From Candidatus Hydrothermarchaeota archaeon (GTDB lineage Archaea; Hydrothermarchaeota; Hydrothermarchaeia; Hydrothermarchaeales; BMS3B): DNA of 60,397 nucleotides. The position numbers and the translations under genes were made by a program. The stretch spans positions 1 to 60,397 of the forward strand of contig CAZCRG010000001.1 in the NCBI GenBank assembly GCA_964501105.1, given 5' to 3'. This document shows positions 35,761 to 48,240 of this stretch, one piece after another. The stretch's first letter is position 1, and the number at the start of each line of letters is the position of its first letter. The notes beneath the pieces were generated by a model, which ran no database searches, was not told the origin of the DNA, and saw only the letters and a program-made list of their open reading frames with translations.

Positions 35761-36312
35761 GGGTATTAAAAAGGGCACCCTTTTCTTGTACTCCTTATAT
35801 CCCCTAAGCTCTTCTTCCAGCTTTTTTTCTTCAAGGAATGCGCCAACAATAAGATAAAGTGTTAATAGAATATAACTTTCAAAATCATGAAAGGTTATAA
35901 CAGGTGAAGCCCAGATAAATATAATACCACCAAGATACTGGGGATGTCTTACAATACCATATAACCCTCTGTCTATAAGTTTTCCTTTTGTGAATTTAAG
36001 TCCAAAAAACTCCTTCACACCAGACTGAATGAAAGCTATCCCGAAGATTACCACTCCTGTAATTTTTAGTATTATTACTAATACGAATAAAATCCCTTCA
36101 AATTTTACAATTATTGGTGATTCAGCTCGATGAATAAACCAGTATAGTGAAAAAGGAAGGAAAGAAACAAAGCTGAGAATATTATAGCTGAACCTGTAGG
36201 TTTTGTAAGGGAGTTTTAGTGTTGATAGAAAAACACACTTAAAGCATCTTGCTGCTGTTATACTATGGATTAAAGCAAAGGATGAAAATAAAAGTAAGGT
36301 CTCGACGTACAT
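35740..36312 (-). CDS. ICMT/PEMT-family membrane methyltransferase
   Basis: The GLYGIVRHPQYLGG motif and a 4-5 TM topology. Confidence 0.7.
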   Translation of the reverse strand: MYVETLLLFSSFALIHSITAARCFKCVFLSTLKLPYKTYRFSYNILSFVSFLPFSLYWFIHRAESPIIVKFEGILFVLVIILKITGVVIFGIAFIQSGVKEFFGLKFTKGKLIDRGLYGIVRHPQYLGGIIFIWASPVITFHDFESYILLTLYLIVGAFLEEKKLEEELRGYKEYKKRVPFLIPLPHKGR

Positions 36313-36370
36313 ATAATAACCTCAACTTCATAGTAAAAAAGTTTTTCTTTCCCACAGCTTTATTAAATGC

Positions 36371-37003
36371 ATGCGCTATCTTGACAATCTTGATACTGAA
36401 TTTGAGATAAAAATTGTTGATGCAGAGCTTAAGGGAGTGAAGGTTCAGCCCTCCAGTAGTGAGTTCAGGGGCTTCAGAGAGGAGAAGTTCGAGGAGATAA
36501 GGCAGAGTTATGACATTAAAACCATAAAGGACCATCCCATTATCAGAGCCTACAGAGACTTCTACTGGAGAGTTGGAATAGACCCCACAAAGATCAGGCC
36601 CAGCAGTGAGGCATTGATAAGAAGGGTGCTCCAGGGCAGGAGTATTCCTGAAATTAATAATGTGGTGGATGCCTATAACCTTGCTTCTATGCTCACCTTT
36701 ATTTCTATTGGTGCCTATGATAGAGAAAAGCTGGAGGGAGAACTTACCCTGAGAAGGTCTCACGGCGAGAGCTTCACAGGCATAGGGGGGAAGAAGTTAA
36801 TTACTAAAGGTGAGATTGTGGTGAGCGATGAGGAAAAGATTATAAACATCTTCCCCTATAGAGATGCCGAGGCTACCAAGGTTACTGAGGATACTTCTGA
36901 AGTGCTCTTTCTCTTTTCAGGAGTTAAGGGGATAGAGAAGAGCTACCTTGAAGAAGCAGCTGAGAAAACCCTTGAAATTGTGAGGCGCTTCTGTGTGGTG
37001 TGA
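36371..37003 (+). CDS. B3/B4 tRNA-binding-domain protein (PheT B3_4-like)
   Basis: The pattern SSEALIRRVLQGRSIPEINNVVDAYNLASMLTFISIGAYD is characteristic of stand-alone B3/4 domain proteins. Confidence 0.65.
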   Translation: MRYLDNLDTEFEIKIVDAELKGVKVQPSSSEFRGFREEKFEEIRQSYDIKTIKDHPIIRAYRDFYWRVGIDPTKIRPSSEALIRRVLQGRSIPEINNVVDAYNLASMLTFISIGAYDREKLEGELTLRRSHGESFTGIGGKKLITKGEIVVSDEEKIINIFPYRDAEATKVTEDTSEVLFLFSGVKGIEKSYLEEAAEKTLEIVRRFCVV

Positions 37004-38176
37004 ATGTACTACTCCTGCGGCTTAAAGCAGGCCAGAGCAAGGCTTGATAGTAAACTGATAGTGGCCTTCAATGCCTGCCTGGATCTTGTAAAGTACATTA
37101 AAGCTGGGGAGCTTGAAGCTCTGGAGCTCTCAGGAGAGCTTTCCCCCCTTAAAGAATGTATTGCCAGAGAGGAGCAGAGCGAGATAGCTGTGTCTCAATC
37201 AACTCTGGATTATCTTATCAAAAGCTTGGGTTATGATGAGAAGAGGGCGGGGGGTTTAGTTGGGCAGGCTGCCAGAGAGGTACCAAATCTCGGGGTTGAG
37301 GTTTATTCTCATATTGCAGCAAAGTGCAGGGAGCTTACTGGACTTTTTTCTGATAGGGTTTTAATCTCCACCAGCCATGGCTTTAGACCAGCTCCTGATT
37401 TCAGTGAAGACTGCATTCCTCCCAGCCACTTTGTCATGGAGTTTGAAAAGGGCCTTGAGGTCTTTGGAAAAGAGCTCAAAAGTTCAACAAGATTTATTGC
37501 CACCCATGACAGTTATGCCTTTGATTTTATTCTTGACGAGCAGTTCTTTGAGAGCATTAAGGAAGAAGTGGGAAAGATAAACAAGGCTGTGCTCTCTGGA
37601 TTTCATCTTGTTCTTGAAGCACAGGCCTCTAAAATTAGAAGGGTTGAGAAAATTATTGAGGAGTGGAGGGAGATTAACCCCCATATTTTTATTCATCTTG
37701 AGCTGGGGCAGTTTCAGAGTGAGAAGGCATTAAAGGAGACTGAGAAGCTTTTTCCTCTTGTGGATTCTCTTGGATTGAATGAGGAGGAGCTGAGGTATAT
37801 AACAGGAGAGGAAGGGCTTGAAGAAGGTCTTTCTTTTCTTGCAGAGAAGACAGAGAGGGTGCTCTTTCACAGCCAGCACTGCTCTGCCCTTATCACCTCT
37901 CAGGATAACCTGAAGGAGGCAAAGGCTGCTCTGCAGTTTGCCTCCCTATGCTCTGCCTATAAAGTTCTCCACGGGAGGGTTCCCTCTATCAGGGAGATGG
38001 AGAGCTTTTCTCCTCCAAGACCGAGTAGGCATGGGATTAAGATTAGTCAGAGGCTTAGGAGGCTTGAGCTGGATGGAAAAAAGACAGTAGCTGTTCCTTC
38101 TCTCTATGTTGAGAAGCCCAGAAGCCTCGTTGGGGCTGGCGACACCTTTGCTGTTGCCTATGCCCTGGTGATTTAG
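37004..38176 (+). CDS. ADP-dependent sugar-kinase family (ADP-PFK/GK-like), short variant
   Basis: AFNACLDLVKYI (compare the aYN.NiDa motif), HLELGQF, VDSLGLNEEEL and the C-terminal GAGDTFA resemble ADP-PFK/GK signatures. At 390 aa it is shorter than characterised members, which are around 450 aa. Confidence 0.5.
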   Translation: MYYSCGLKQARARLDSKLIVAFNACLDLVKYIKAGELEALELSGELSPLKECIAREEQSEIAVSQSTLDYLIKSLGYDEKRAGGLVGQAAREVPNLGVEVYSHIAAKCRELTGLFSDRVLISTSHGFRPAPDFSEDCIPPSHFVMEFEKGLEVFGKELKSSTRFIATHDSYAFDFILDEQFFESIKEEVGKINKAVLSGFHLVLEAQASKIRRVEKIIEEWREINPHIFIHLELGQFQSEKALKETEKLFPLVDSLGLNEEELRYITGEEGLEEGLSFLAEKTERVLFHSQHCSALITSQDNLKEAKAALQFASLCSAYKVLHGRVPSIREMESFSPPRPSRHGIKISQRLRRLELDGKKTVAVPSLYVEKPRSLVGAGDTFAVAYALVI

Positions 38177-38238
38177 AATTTTTAAAGCTTAACTCACTCC
38201 AGCATTAATTACCAACGATAACCTCCAGCGAAAGGGTA

Positions 38239-39315
38239 ATGATAGATAAATTTGAGCCTCGCTGGATTGCCTGGGAAATTTCCCAGAGATGTAATTTAAG
38301 CTGTGTCCATTGCAGGGCAGAGGGGGCCATGGATAAGGAGAAAGGTCCCAGCACTGAGATGGCAAAGAAGATTATTGATGACATAGCCAGCTATGCCAAG
38401 CCTGTGCTTGTTTTAAGTGGAGGGGAACCCCTTCTGAGAGAGGACATCTTTGAACTTGCAGAATATGGTACTAAAAGGGGCCTCAGGATGGCCATGGCTA
38501 CCAATGGTCTTCTTGTAAATGACAATGTGGCAGAGAAAATAAAGGAGAGCGGCATAAAAATAGTATCATTGAGCCTGGATGGCGCCAGCGAGGAGGTTCA
38601 CGACAACTTCAGACAGGTGAAAGGAGCCTTTAAGGGGGCCATAAGGGCTGCTAAAATCCTGAAAAAGCATGGTATCCCCTTTATTATTAATTCCTCCTTC
38701 ACAAAGCGCAATCAGGAGGAGATTCCCAAGGTTTATAAGCTTGCAAAAGAGCTTGGCGCAACAGCCTGGTATATGTTTATGATTGTCCCCACTGGCAGGG
38801 GAAAGGAGATAATGGAGGAGCTTATAAGCAAAGAGGATTACGAGAAGATTTTGAACTGGCACTATGAGATGGAAAAGGAGGAGAAGGAGCTTTTAGTCAG
38901 ACCTACCTGCGCCCCCATGTACTACAGAATATTCATGCAGCGAGCCAAGGAGGAGGGGATAAAATTTGAGAGGCGCAACCTGAGTTTCTCCACAGGAGGA
39001 AGCAAAGGCTGTATTGCCGGACAGCTCATAGCTCTGATAAATCACAAGGGCGATGTTTACCCCTGCTCTTACTTCCCTCTCAGCGCTGGCAATATTTATG
39101 AGAAGAGCTTCAAAGAAATATGGGAGGAGAGCGAACTCTTCAAAAAGCTGAGGGACTTCAAAAGCTATAAGGGCAAGTGTGGTGCCTGCGAGTATATCAA
39201 TGTCTGTGGCGGCTGCAGGGCAAGAGCCTACGCCATGACAGGTGATTATCTCGATGAGGAGCCCTTCTGCAGCTATGTGCCCGGGAAGTTGAGAAAGGCT
39301 GGCAGTCAGCTTTAA
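38239..39315 (+). CDS. Radical SAM / SPASM-domain protein (AhbC/AhbD/NirJ-like)
   Basis: CNLSCVHC (CxxxCxxC) cluster motif, GGEPLL, and the C-terminal SPASM cysteines [13 protein letters not shown]. Confidence 0.8.
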   Translation: MIDKFEPRWIAWEISQRCNLSCVHCRAEGAMDKEKGPSTEMAKKIIDDIASYAKPVLVLSGGEPLLREDIFELAEYGTKRGLRMAMATNGLLVNDNVAEKIKESGIKIVSLSLDGASEEVHDNFRQVKGAFKGAIRAAKILKKHGIPFIINSSFTKRNQEEIPKVYKLAKELGATAWYMFMIVPTGRGKEIMEELISKEDYEKILNWHYEMEKEEKELLVRPTCAPMYYRIFMQRAKEEGIKFERRNLSFSTGGSKGCIAGQLIALINHKGDVYPCSYFPLSAGNIYEKSFKEIWEESELFKKLRDFKSYKGKCGACEYINVCGGCRARAYAMTGDYLDEEPFCSYVPGKLRKAGSQL

Positions 39316-39345
39316 TTTACATGGTTACCTCTTTTTTATTAATCT

Positions 39346-39534
39346 ATGATACCTGTTGTGGATCAGAGAGCCTGCATTGGCTGCGGGGCCTGCGAGAGGC
39401 TATGCCCCGAGGTTTTCAGGTTAATAAATCATAAAAGCAATGTTGTTGACGCTGAGGCATGTGATACCTGCGACTGTGAAAAGGTTTTAGAGGAATGTAA
39501 ACCAAGAGCTATTACACTTTATGACGACTTCTAA
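39346..39534 (+). CDS. Small 4Fe-4S ferredoxin
   Basis: 62 aa with CIGCGACERLCP plus distal Cys residues. Confidence 0.7.
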   Translation: MIPVVDQRACIGCGACERLCPEVFRLINHKSNVVDAEACDTCDCEKVLEECKPRAITLYDDF

Positions 39535-40234
39535 AGATGTGCTGGAGCCCTACAGGGGGAGAAAAGAGTCCTGGAAGATACCCTTAAACTGTAGCTTAGA
39601 TGATATCCTCTCTGGAGGAATAGAGGCAGGTGTTATAACCCAGATTTATGGCCCTCCCGGCGTGGGGAAGACCAACCTCTGCATAGTCACAACTGTAAAT
39701 ACTGTAAGGCTTGATAAGAGAGTTGTTTTTATTGATACTGAGGGCAGCCACAGCTTTGAGAGACTCCTCCAGGTGGCAGGCAGGGACTACGAGAGGGTTC
39801 TTGATGCACTCCACTTTTATGAGGCCCATACATTTGAGGAGCAGGAGTTTATTATAGAAAATCTGAATCACATTCTGGATGAAAGCTTTGGCTTGATTGT
39901 TCTGGACAGTGCAGTTGCTCTGTACAGAGTTCTCAGGGACGACGACTCAGCTCATGATTTAAACAGGAGGCTGAGCAGGCAAATGGCAAAGCTTTTAGAG
40001 CTGGCCAAGCGCTACAATCTTGCAGTGGTGGTAACAAATCAGGTCTACTCTTCTCTCGGCAATCCTGCCAAGGAGCCTGTGGCTGGTGATGTTCTCAGGT
40101 ACTGGAGCAAGGCAATAATAGAGCTTAAGAAGAATGGAAAGGAGAGGGAGGCTGTGCTTAAAAGACACCGCTCCATGCCTGAAGATTTGAGTGTGAGGTT
40201 CAGAATTTCAGAAGGAGGGATAGAGGGTGTCTGA
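39521..40234 (+). CDS. radB: DNA repair and recombination protein RadB
   Basis: Short RecA-fold protein without an N-terminal HhH domain. Walker A YGPPGVGKTN and Walker B LIVLDS. Confidence 0.8.
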   Translation: MTTSKDVLEPYRGRKESWKIPLNCSLDDILSGGIEAGVITQIYGPPGVGKTNLCIVTTVNTVRLDKRVVFIDTEGSHSFERLLQVAGRDYERVLDALHFYEAHTFEEQEFIIENLNHILDESFGLIVLDSAVALYRVLRDDDSAHDLNRRLSRQMAKLLELAKRYNLAVVVTNQVYSSLGNPAKEPVAGDVLRYWSKAIIELKKNGKEREAVLKRHRSMPEDLSVRFRISEGGIEGV

Positions 40235-41312
40235 AGTTTACCTCCTGGACTCAAGAGTGCCTGTGAAAAGCTTTGAGCACTGGAGCAACCACAAGCTGAG
40301 TCTTGCCTACAGGCTTGAGGAGCTTTCAAGAAGAAGCGGCTTTTCTGGCTTTATAGAGGAGGGCGATTTAGTTGCCATTAAAGTTCACTTTGGTGACCAC
40401 GGCACTACAAGAACATTAAGGAGTCTTTATATTCGTAAGATTGTGGAGATAGTTAAGTCTCTGGGAGGAGAACCCTTTGTAACTGAAACTACAGGTCTGG
40501 GAATGCTTTACGACAGGAACAAAGCTACAGGGAGGCTTAAAATTGCTCAGGAGAACGGCTACACCTTTGAAACTCTGGGGGCACCCATTATAATTGCCGA
40601 TGGGCTTAAAGGCTTTGACTATGTGGAAGTTGAGGCACCAGAGCCTCTGGGCAAAGTTGCTGTGGCAAGGGCTATTTATGAGGCAGATAAGGTGGTAGCT
40701 CTCACCCATGTTACAGCTCATATGGGCTCTGGCTTTGGAGGTGCTTTAAAAAATATAGGCGTGGGATGCACAGCCAAGCCTACAAAGTTTGACCTTCACC
40801 ACAATAATATGCCCAGGATTATAGAAGAGAAGTGCACTCTCTGCAGAGCCTGTGAAAAGGTTTGTCCTTCTGGAGCAATAAAGGCGCCTGAGATTGATAA
40901 GAATAAATGCATAAAGTGCGACGGCTGCAGTGAAGCTTGCAGAGAGTATGCCATTGAAGTGGAGTGGACTACTGGTGAGGAGCTTAGCCATAGAATTGCC
41001 AAGGCAGCCAAGGCAGTGCTTGATTCCAAGGGCAGGGAGAATTTCTTCTATTTCAACTTTATGCTTGAAGTTACCCCTCACTGCGACTGCTTTTCCTTCA
41101 GCGACTCTCCTTTATCCAAGGATGCCGGGATTCTTGCCGGCAGCGACATTCTCGCAATTGATAGAGCCAGTGTTGATATTATTAACAGCGGCGAAGATAA
41201 GTTTCTCAACCTTTATCCTGAGACAGACTACAGGGTTCAGTTTGATACTGCTGAAGCTCTTGGTCTTGGAAGCCCAGAGTATGAGATTGTAAGGCTTGAG
41301 AGTAAGGTTTAG
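40227..41312 (+). CDS. DUF362-domain Fe-S protein (COG2768-like)
   Basis: A DUF362-like N-terminal half is followed by two ferredoxin motifs (CTLCRACEKVCP, CIKCDGCSEAC) and a C-terminal CDC motif. Confidence 0.7.
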   Translation: MSEVYLLDSRVPVKSFEHWSNHKLSLAYRLEELSRRSGFSGFIEEGDLVAIKVHFGDHGTTRTLRSLYIRKIVEIVKSLGGEPFVTETTGLGMLYDRNKATGRLKIAQENGYTFETLGAPIIIADGLKGFDYVEVEAPEPLGKVAVARAIYEADKVVALTHVTAHMGSGFGGALKNIGVGCTAKPTKFDLHHNNMPRIIEEKCTLCRACEKVCPSGAIKAPEIDKNKCIKCDGCSEACREYAIEVEWTTGEELSHRIAKAAKAVLDSKGRENFFYFNFMLEVTPHCDCFSFSDSPLSKDAGILAGSDILAIDRASVDIINSGEDKFLNLYPETDYRVQFDTAEALGLGSPEYEIVRLESKV

Positions 41313-41441
41313 TTGAGGATTTTTATCAATTCCCACATGGAATACTCAGGTTCTTTATAGGCATTAGTAAAGAAAAGCTACCCCCTTTCTCCCCATACAC
41401 AATTTTAAAAAATAAGATTTTTGACAGATTAAAAAAGAGAA

Positions 41442-41747
41442 TTATCTTTTCAGCTCTATCTCAATATTTACTCCATCAGGCACACGAACACGCATTATCT
41501 GGCGCATTGTACGCTCATCGGCATCGATCTCGAGAAGCCTCTTGTGAATTCTCATTTCCCACCTTTCCCAGGTGGCAGTGCCATTGCCTGATGGTGACTT
41601 TCTCACTGGTACCCTCAGCCTCCTTGTTGGTAGAGGTATAGGTCCTGAAACACTTACACCTGCCTTGGTTGCAATTTCTTTAAGCTGAGTGCAGACATTC
41701 TCAAGTTTTCTGTGGTCTGTACCGCTGAGCCTTATTCGAGCAAGCAT
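41442..41747 (-). CDS. rps10: 30S ribosomal protein S10
   Basis: [16 protein letters not shown]...[11 protein letters not shown]...HKRLLEI is the conserved S10 pattern. It follows tuf, as in the archaeal str cluster. Confidence 0.95.
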   Translation of the reverse strand: MLARIRLSGTDHRKLENVCTQLKEIATKAGVSVSGPIPLPTRRLRVPVRKSPSGNGTATWERWEMRIHKRLLEIDADERTMRQIMRVRVPDGVNIEIELKR

Positions 41748-41787
41748 TCTTGGTTAGCCTCCAAACTAAAAAGAAAAAAGAAAGCCT

Positions 41788-43074
41788 TTACCTGGCTTTC
41801 TCTATATCCACAACCATACCGGCAGCCACTGTTGAGCCCATGTCTCTTATGGCAAATCTACCTAACTGGGGTATTTCTTTTACCTTCTCTATGACCAGTG
41901 GCTTTGTTGGCTGAACTCTAACCACGCCTGCATCTCCTGTTTTAAGGAACTGTGGACTCTTTTCCAGTACATTACCAGTCCTGGGATCAAGCTTGCTAAT
42001 AAGCTCTACAATCTTGCAGGCGACCTGAGCGGTATGTGCATGGAACACTGGAGTATAGCCGACTGTTATTGCACTGGGATGCTGGAGAACAACTATCTGA
42101 GCAGTGAAGGTCTTTGCCACTGTTGGTGGGTTATCAACATGTCCGCATACATCGCCTCTCTTGATATCATTCTTTCCAATACCTCTTACATTGAAGCCTA
42201 TGTTGTCACCAGGCTCAGCCTTGTCTATCTGCTCATGGTGCATCTCAATAGTCTTGACCTCTCCGCTCTTATTTGCAGGCTCAAAGATAACCTTATCGCC
42301 AGGCTTCATAACACCAGTCTCTACCCTGCCCACTGGCACAGTACCAATACCTGTGATGGAGTAAACATCCTGAATTGGAACTCTCAGGGGCAGATGAGTT
42401 GGCTTTTCTGGTGGCTTGAGGTTGTCAATAGCCTCTATCAGTATTGGACCATTATACCAGGGCATATTCTCTGACTTGCTCACCACATTGTCGCCCTTGA
42501 GAGCTGAAATGGGTACAAACTGGATCTGGTCAGGCTTGTAGCCAACCATCTGGAAAAGCTTTGAAACAAGCCCCTTCATCTCTTCAAATTTCTTCTCATC
42601 ATAGTTCACAGCATCCATTTTATTTATTGCAACTATGAACTGCTGTATACCCAGAGTCCTTGCCAGGAAGACGTGCTCTTTTGTCTGGGGCATAAGGCCT
42701 CCTGTCTCATCTCTCTGAGCAACGTCAACCACAAGCACTGCAGCATCTGCCTGACTTGCACCGGTTATCATATTCTTGATAAAGTCTCTGTGCCCGGGTG
42801 CGTCAATAATTGTAAAGAAGTACTTGTCTGTCTCCATCTTCTGATGAGAGATGTCTATAGTGACGCCTCTCTCTCTTTCCTCTTTAAGTCTATCCATAAC
42901 CCAGGCAAACTCGAAGGTAGCTTTACCCTTCTTCTCAGCCTCATCACGGTACTGCTTTATAATATGCTCTCCAATTACACCTTTTTCGAAGAGCAGTCTT
43001 CCTACAGTTGTAGACTTACCATGGTCTACGTGTCCAATAAACACCAGGTTCAGGTGTGGCTTATCTGTTGCCAT
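41788..43074 (-). CDS. tuf: Translation elongation factor 1-alpha
   Basis: [14 protein letters not shown] and NKMD motifs, with full-length aEF1A similarity. Confidence 0.97.
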   Translation of the reverse strand: MATDKPHLNLVFIGHVDHGKSTTVGRLLFEKGVIGEHIIKQYRDEAEKKGKATFEFAWVMDRLKEERERGVTIDISHQKMETDKYFFTIIDAPGHRDFIKNMITGASQADAAVLVVDVAQRDETGGLMPQTKEHVFLARTLGIQQFIVAINKMDAVNYDEKKFEEMKGLVSKLFQMVGYKPDQIQFVPISALKGDNVVSKSENMPWYNGPILIEAIDNLKPPEKPTHLPLRVPIQDVYSITGIGTVPVGRVETGVMKPGDKVIFEPANKSGEVKTIEMHHEQIDKAEPGDNIGFNVRGIGKNDIKRGDVCGHVDNPPTVAKTFTAQIVVLQHPSAITVGYTPVFHAHTAQVACKIVELISKLDPRTGNVLEKSPQFLKTGDAGVVRVQPTKPLVIEKVKEIPQLGRFAIRDMGSTVAAGMVVDIEKAR

Positions 43075-43110
43075 TTATTCAACCTCCTTTTTGCTTTGTA
43101 TTGTATTACC

Positions 43111-45270
43111 TTAATTTAAACCTTTTCTTTCTCTAATCTTTCTTATTACATCTTCCTGAAGCTCTCCAGGAAGGCGCTCATAGCCTGAGAACTCTGTGCT
43201 CCACAGTGCTCTGCCTTCTGTGGCAGACCTTATACTTCCAGCAAAGCCGAACATCTCGCTCACTGGACACTTGGCTTCTATCACTATCATGTCTCCTTCC
43301 TGGCGCATGTCTATAATCTGACCTCTTCTGCTCTGAATTTCCCTGGTAGCTCCACCCATGTAGTCCTGAGGCACATGGATGAAAACCTTCACCTTTGGCT
43401 CCAGAAGGAGAGCCTTTGCCTGAAGCATAGCCTCTCTGATTGCATCTCTTACAGCCGGAATAACCTGAGCTGGACCTCTGTGAATGGAATCTTCGTGGAG
43501 CTTTGCATCCACCAGCTTAACCTTAACGCCAAGTACCTTCTCTCTTGCCAAGGGCCCATTGTCCATAGCTTCATGGAAGCCTTCCTGAATGAGCTGAATT
43601 ACTTCATTGAGATACTGAACACCCTTCGTAACATCTGTAAGTATATTCTTTTCATAAACCTCAACTACACCCTTGGCCTCTACCTTGTCCATGCCTACAT
43701 TTTCAAGAGCCTTACCCAGTTCTTTTCCTTTATATCTGGCAGGATTTACCTCGCCATCAAGAAGAGCTTTCATAACAGGTTCATCTATTGGTTCAACTAC
43801 AAAGTAGAAGCGATTGTGCTTATTTGGTGACTTTCCTTCAATCACAGGGGAAGTTGAAGAAACACTCTCTCTGTAAACTACAATTGGAGGAGATACTTCA
43901 ACATCTACACCCCTCTCCTTAATTCTGAAGATTGTAACTTCGAGGTGGAGTTCACCCATACCTGAGAGGAGATGCTCTCCAGTCTCTTCGTTAATCTTTA
44001 CATTGAGAGTTGGGTCTTCCCTCGCCATTATATTGAGAACTTCAATAAGCTTGGGTAAGTCCTTGGAATGCTTGGCTTCAACAGCAACAGTCACCACAGG
44101 CTCTGAGTAGTGCCTGATCTCCTCAAAGGGCTCAATTGGGTTATCAACACCTGTGACTGTCTCGCCAGCTCTTACATTCCTCAAGCCTGTTATCATGGCA
44201 ATATTGCCAGCCATGACATAATCTGTGGCCATTCGCTCAGGACCGAAGTATACACCCACCTGCTGAGCTCTTGTCTTTGTCTTGGCGTTGGAGAGATAAA
44301 CCTCCTGGCTTCTCTTCAAAGTCCCTGAGTATATTCTTCCTGTGGCAACCTCACCTGCCTGGGGATCTATCCTCAGGTCTGTAATCATAATTGCAAGCTT
44401 GCCCTTGGGATCACAGTTGAGCATAGCTTTGCCGTCCTCACTTTCAATGTCACCAGGCCATATTTTTGGAACTCTGTACTTCTGGGCAGTAACAGGATCA
44501 GGCAGGTGCTTTACCACCATATCAAGAATTACCTCATGAACCTTAGCCTTCTGGGCAAGCTCCTTAACCCTACCCTCCTGATTCATCTCAATTATATCCT
44601 TGAAGGTAATTCCAGTTTCCTTCATGAGGGGCACATTTATTGCCCAGTTGTTGTAGGCAGAGCCGAAGGCTACACTACCATCTTCAACCTTGACCTGCCA
44701 CTCTTTCTTGAACTCCTTGGGAGCCATATTCTTTACAATCTTGTTAAACTCAGATATAATCTCAATAAAGCGCTTCTGCATCTCTTCAGGATTGAGCTTC
44801 AGCTCATTTATAAGCCTATCAACCTTATTTATGAAAAGAATTGGTTTAACTTTTTCTTTGAGAGCCTGCCTGAGCACTGTTTCAGTCTGAGGCATGGCAC
44901 CTTCTACAGCGCACACCACAACAATAACCCCATCAACGGCTCGCATGGCTCTTGTCACATTTCCACCGAAGTCCACGTGCCCAGGAGTATCAATCATATT
45001 AATAAGGTAGCTCTTATCTTTGTACTTGTGAACCATACTCACGTTGGCTGCATCTATTGTTATCCCCCTCTGCTGCTCCTGGACATCGCTGTCAAGCACG
45101 AGCTGTTTTCCTGCAAGGTCGAAGCTCATCATGCCAGCTCCAGCCAGAAGGTTGTCACTCAGTGTTGTTTTGCCGTGGTCTATATGGGCAACTATACCCA
45201 TATTTCTGATTCTCTCTGGCTTGTCCATAAGCTCAGTTATCTTTTTAACCATCTCTTCCTTTCTGCCCAT
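43111..45270 (-). CDS. fusA: Translation elongation factor 2
   Basis: [21 protein letters not shown] and the diphthamide region HEDSIHRG. I prefer the ATG at 45270 (MGRKEEM) on homology. The GTG at 45279 used by the ORF track is the alternative. Confidence 0.96.
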   Translation of the reverse strand: MGRKEEMVKKITELMDKPERIRNMGIVAHIDHGKTTLSDNLLAGAGMMSFDLAGKQLVLDSDVQEQQRGITIDAANVSMVHKYKDKSYLINMIDTPGHVDFGGNVTRAMRAVDGVIVVVCAVEGAMPQTETVLRQALKEKVKPILFINKVDRLINELKLNPEEMQKRFIEIISEFNKIVKNMAPKEFKKEWQVKVEDGSVAFGSAYNNWAINVPLMKETGITFKDIIEMNQEGRVKELAQKAKVHEVILDMVVKHLPDPVTAQKYRVPKIWPGDIESEDGKAMLNCDPKGKLAIMITDLRIDPQAGEVATGRIYSGTLKRSQEVYLSNAKTKTRAQQVGVYFGPERMATDYVMAGNIAMITGLRNVRAGETVTGVDNPIEPFEEIRHYSEPVVTVAVEAKHSKDLPKLIEVLNIMAREDPTLNVKINEETGEHLLSGMGELHLEVTIFRIKERGVDVEVSPPIVVYRESVSSTSPVIEGKSPNKHNRFYFVVEPIDEPVMKALLDGEVNPARYKGKELGKALENVGMDKVEAKGVVEVYEKNILTDVTKGVQYLNEVIQLIQEGFHEAMDNGPLAREKVLGVKVKLVDAKLHEDSIHRGPAQVIPAVRDAIREAMLQAKALLLEPKVKVFIHVPQDYMGGATREIQSRRGQIIDMRQEGDMIVIEAKCPVSEMFGFAGSIRSATEGRALWSTEFSGYERLPGELQEDVIRKIRERKGLN

Positions 45271-45275
45271 CCTCT

Positions 45276-45875
45276 TCACCTTGCCGCCTTGGCTACTCTC
45301 TCAATCTCTTCCTTCTTTGATATGGAGAAACACTTCATATCATAATTGGCTGCTGCAATAATCTCCTCCGCAAGAGCCTGCGGGAAGGACTTCTTTGTCT
45401 TGAAGGCCTGCTTGGCAGCACCCAGAGCGATATAGCGGAGAGCCTCATCAAGCCTGCGCTGGGGACTCACATCTACGCTCTGGTGGTAGGCTATACCGCC
45501 ATACTTCAGCCTTGTGGTCTCCTCCCTGGGACCTGCATTGATAACAGCATCCACAAGCACCTGCACTGGATTCTTCTTTGTTTTCTTCTCCACAATCATC
45601 AAAGCTTCTCTAACCATCTTTGCTGCAAGATTCTTCTTGCCTGTGTTTCTGCCAGAGGTGCGCTTGTGCTTCTTGCCCTCATGTCCAGTGACCATTACCT
45701 TATTTGTTAGTCTCTCAACTATACTCACATCACTCTTGCCAAAGGGCTTCACATGCCTGCCGCAGGTGTGGGGTACAAGAACTGGCTTGAGATTGATATA
45801 ACCCTTTAAGCTAGGGTCGCTAACTTCAACTTCACTGGGGTCCCAGATTCCAAAGATTTTAAACATGAGCATCAC
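45276..45875 (-). CDS. rps7: 30S ribosomal protein S7
   Basis: Conserved S7 pattern (KIFGIWD...GYINL...RLTNKVM...). The start may be the internal ATG at 45866 (MFKIFG). Confidence 0.95.
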   Translation of the reverse strand: MMLMFKIFGIWDPSEVEVSDPSLKGYINLKPVLVPHTCGRHVKPFGKSDVSIVERLTNKVMVTGHEGKKHKRTSGRNTGKKNLAAKMVREALMIVEKKTKKNPVQVLVDAVINAGPREETTRLKYGGIAYHQSVDVSPQRRLDEALRYIALGAAKQAFKTKKSFPQALAEEIIAAANYDMKCFSISKKEEIERVAKAAR

Positions 45876-46309
45876 CTAACTGGCTTTTCTTTTCTCCCTC
45901 TCACCAGTTCTTTCAGGGAGACATTATTTACAGCAATTACCTTGAATCTTACTCCAGGGATATCACCCATGGAGCCACCCTTTCTTCCACCTATACCGTC
46001 AATGAGCACCTCATCGTGCTCATCTATAAAGTTTATAGCACCATCGCCCGGGGCAAAGGCTGTTACCTGCCTTCCAGACTTGATAAGCTGAACCTTTACA
46101 CACTTTCTTATAGCAGAGTTGGGCTGCTTGGCTTCAATACCTACCTTCTCTATAACTATGCCCCTTGCCATGGGTGCCAAGCCTAGAGGGTTGGTCTTCT
46201 CCTTTAACCTCAGTACCCTCCTCTTATAACTGGGATCACTCCACCTGAACTGCTGCCTTCTTCTGGCAAGCTTTCTTGCAGTAAATTCTCCTGTGGGTTT
46301 TTTGGCCAT
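45872..46309 (-). CDS. rps12: 30S ribosomal protein S12
   Basis: The [15 protein letters not shown] signature. Confidence 0.96.
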   Translation of the reverse strand: MAKKPTGEFTARKLARRRQQFRWSDPSYKRRVLRLKEKTNPLGLAPMARGIVIEKVGIEAKQPNSAIRKCVKVQLIKSGRQVTAFAPGDGAINFIDEHDEVLIDGIGGRKGGSMGDIPGVRFKVIAVNNVSLKELVRGRKEKPVR

Positions 46310-46318
46310 ATTATCACC

Positions 46319-46750
46319 TTAAATAATCACTACATCATCAATGCCATGATGCCTTGATAGAAGCATTTTAACCTTCTCAAGATTTTTTCCCTTTCTTCCT
46401 ATAACCTGGGCCTTGTCTCTGGGGTCAACCTTAACCTTTACCATCTTTTTACCATTGTTATCTTCCACGACCACTTCCTTAATACGGTATGAATGCAATA
46501 TGTTTTTTACAAAATCTTCTGGATCATCACTATGTTCAATTATTTCAACTTTTTTACCTATAGTCTGCCTGACTCTGGCAACATTTCCACCCTTTTTACC
46601 AATAGCCAGACCCATATCGCCCTTCTTCACCACAAATATTACCTTGTTTTCATTATTATCTACTATACAATCCTTGGTAACTGCACCAGTCGTGCTCTCA
46701 AAAAGGGCGATATAGCTGATTTCATTGGCGGAAAGCTTCAGAGTTTCCAT
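46319..46750 (-). CDS. nusA: NusA-like KH-domain transcription factor
   Basis: Two KH motifs (GKKGGNV, GRKGKNL). It occupies the conserved position between rpl30e and rps12. Confidence 0.85.
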   Translation of the reverse strand: METLKLSANEISYIALFESTTGAVTKDCIVDNNENKVIFVVKKGDMGLAIGKKGGNVARVRQTIGKKVEIIEHSDDPEDFVKNILHSYRIKEVVVEDNNGKKMVKVKVDPRDKAQVIGRKGKNLEKVKMLLSRHHGIDDVVII

Positions 46751-47055
46751 CTAATCTTTCCTCCTACCAAGCTCAAAAATATCTGAATCCCCAGCCTCAA
46801 CAACACCAAGCATTGCCACAACATGAGGCCGTCCACATACAGCCCCAAGCTCCATACTTGTGCCTTCAAACTCATACACAGGTATTCCACTGAGCTTGGC
46901 AAACTTTTTTAAGTCAGCTTTCCTTTCTGGTGGGCAATTTTCTGCAACTATAACAAGCTTTACTTCTTTATTTATTACGGCATTTATAGTCTCTTCACTA
47001 CCCATATAAATTTTACCTGTATCAATAGCTACCCTTATAGCCTTATTTACATCCA

Positions 47056-47056
<1 letters not shown>
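46751..47056 (-). CDS. rpl30e: 50S ribosomal protein L30e
   Basis: L30e/L7Ae-fold pattern and the conserved position after rpoA2. Confidence 0.9.

Positions 47057-48240
<1,184 letters not shown>

Noticed and set aside
44506-45345. 279-aa plus-strand ORF
   Set aside because: It lies entirely antisense to fusA and rps7, which are unambiguous. It is a long shadow ORF.
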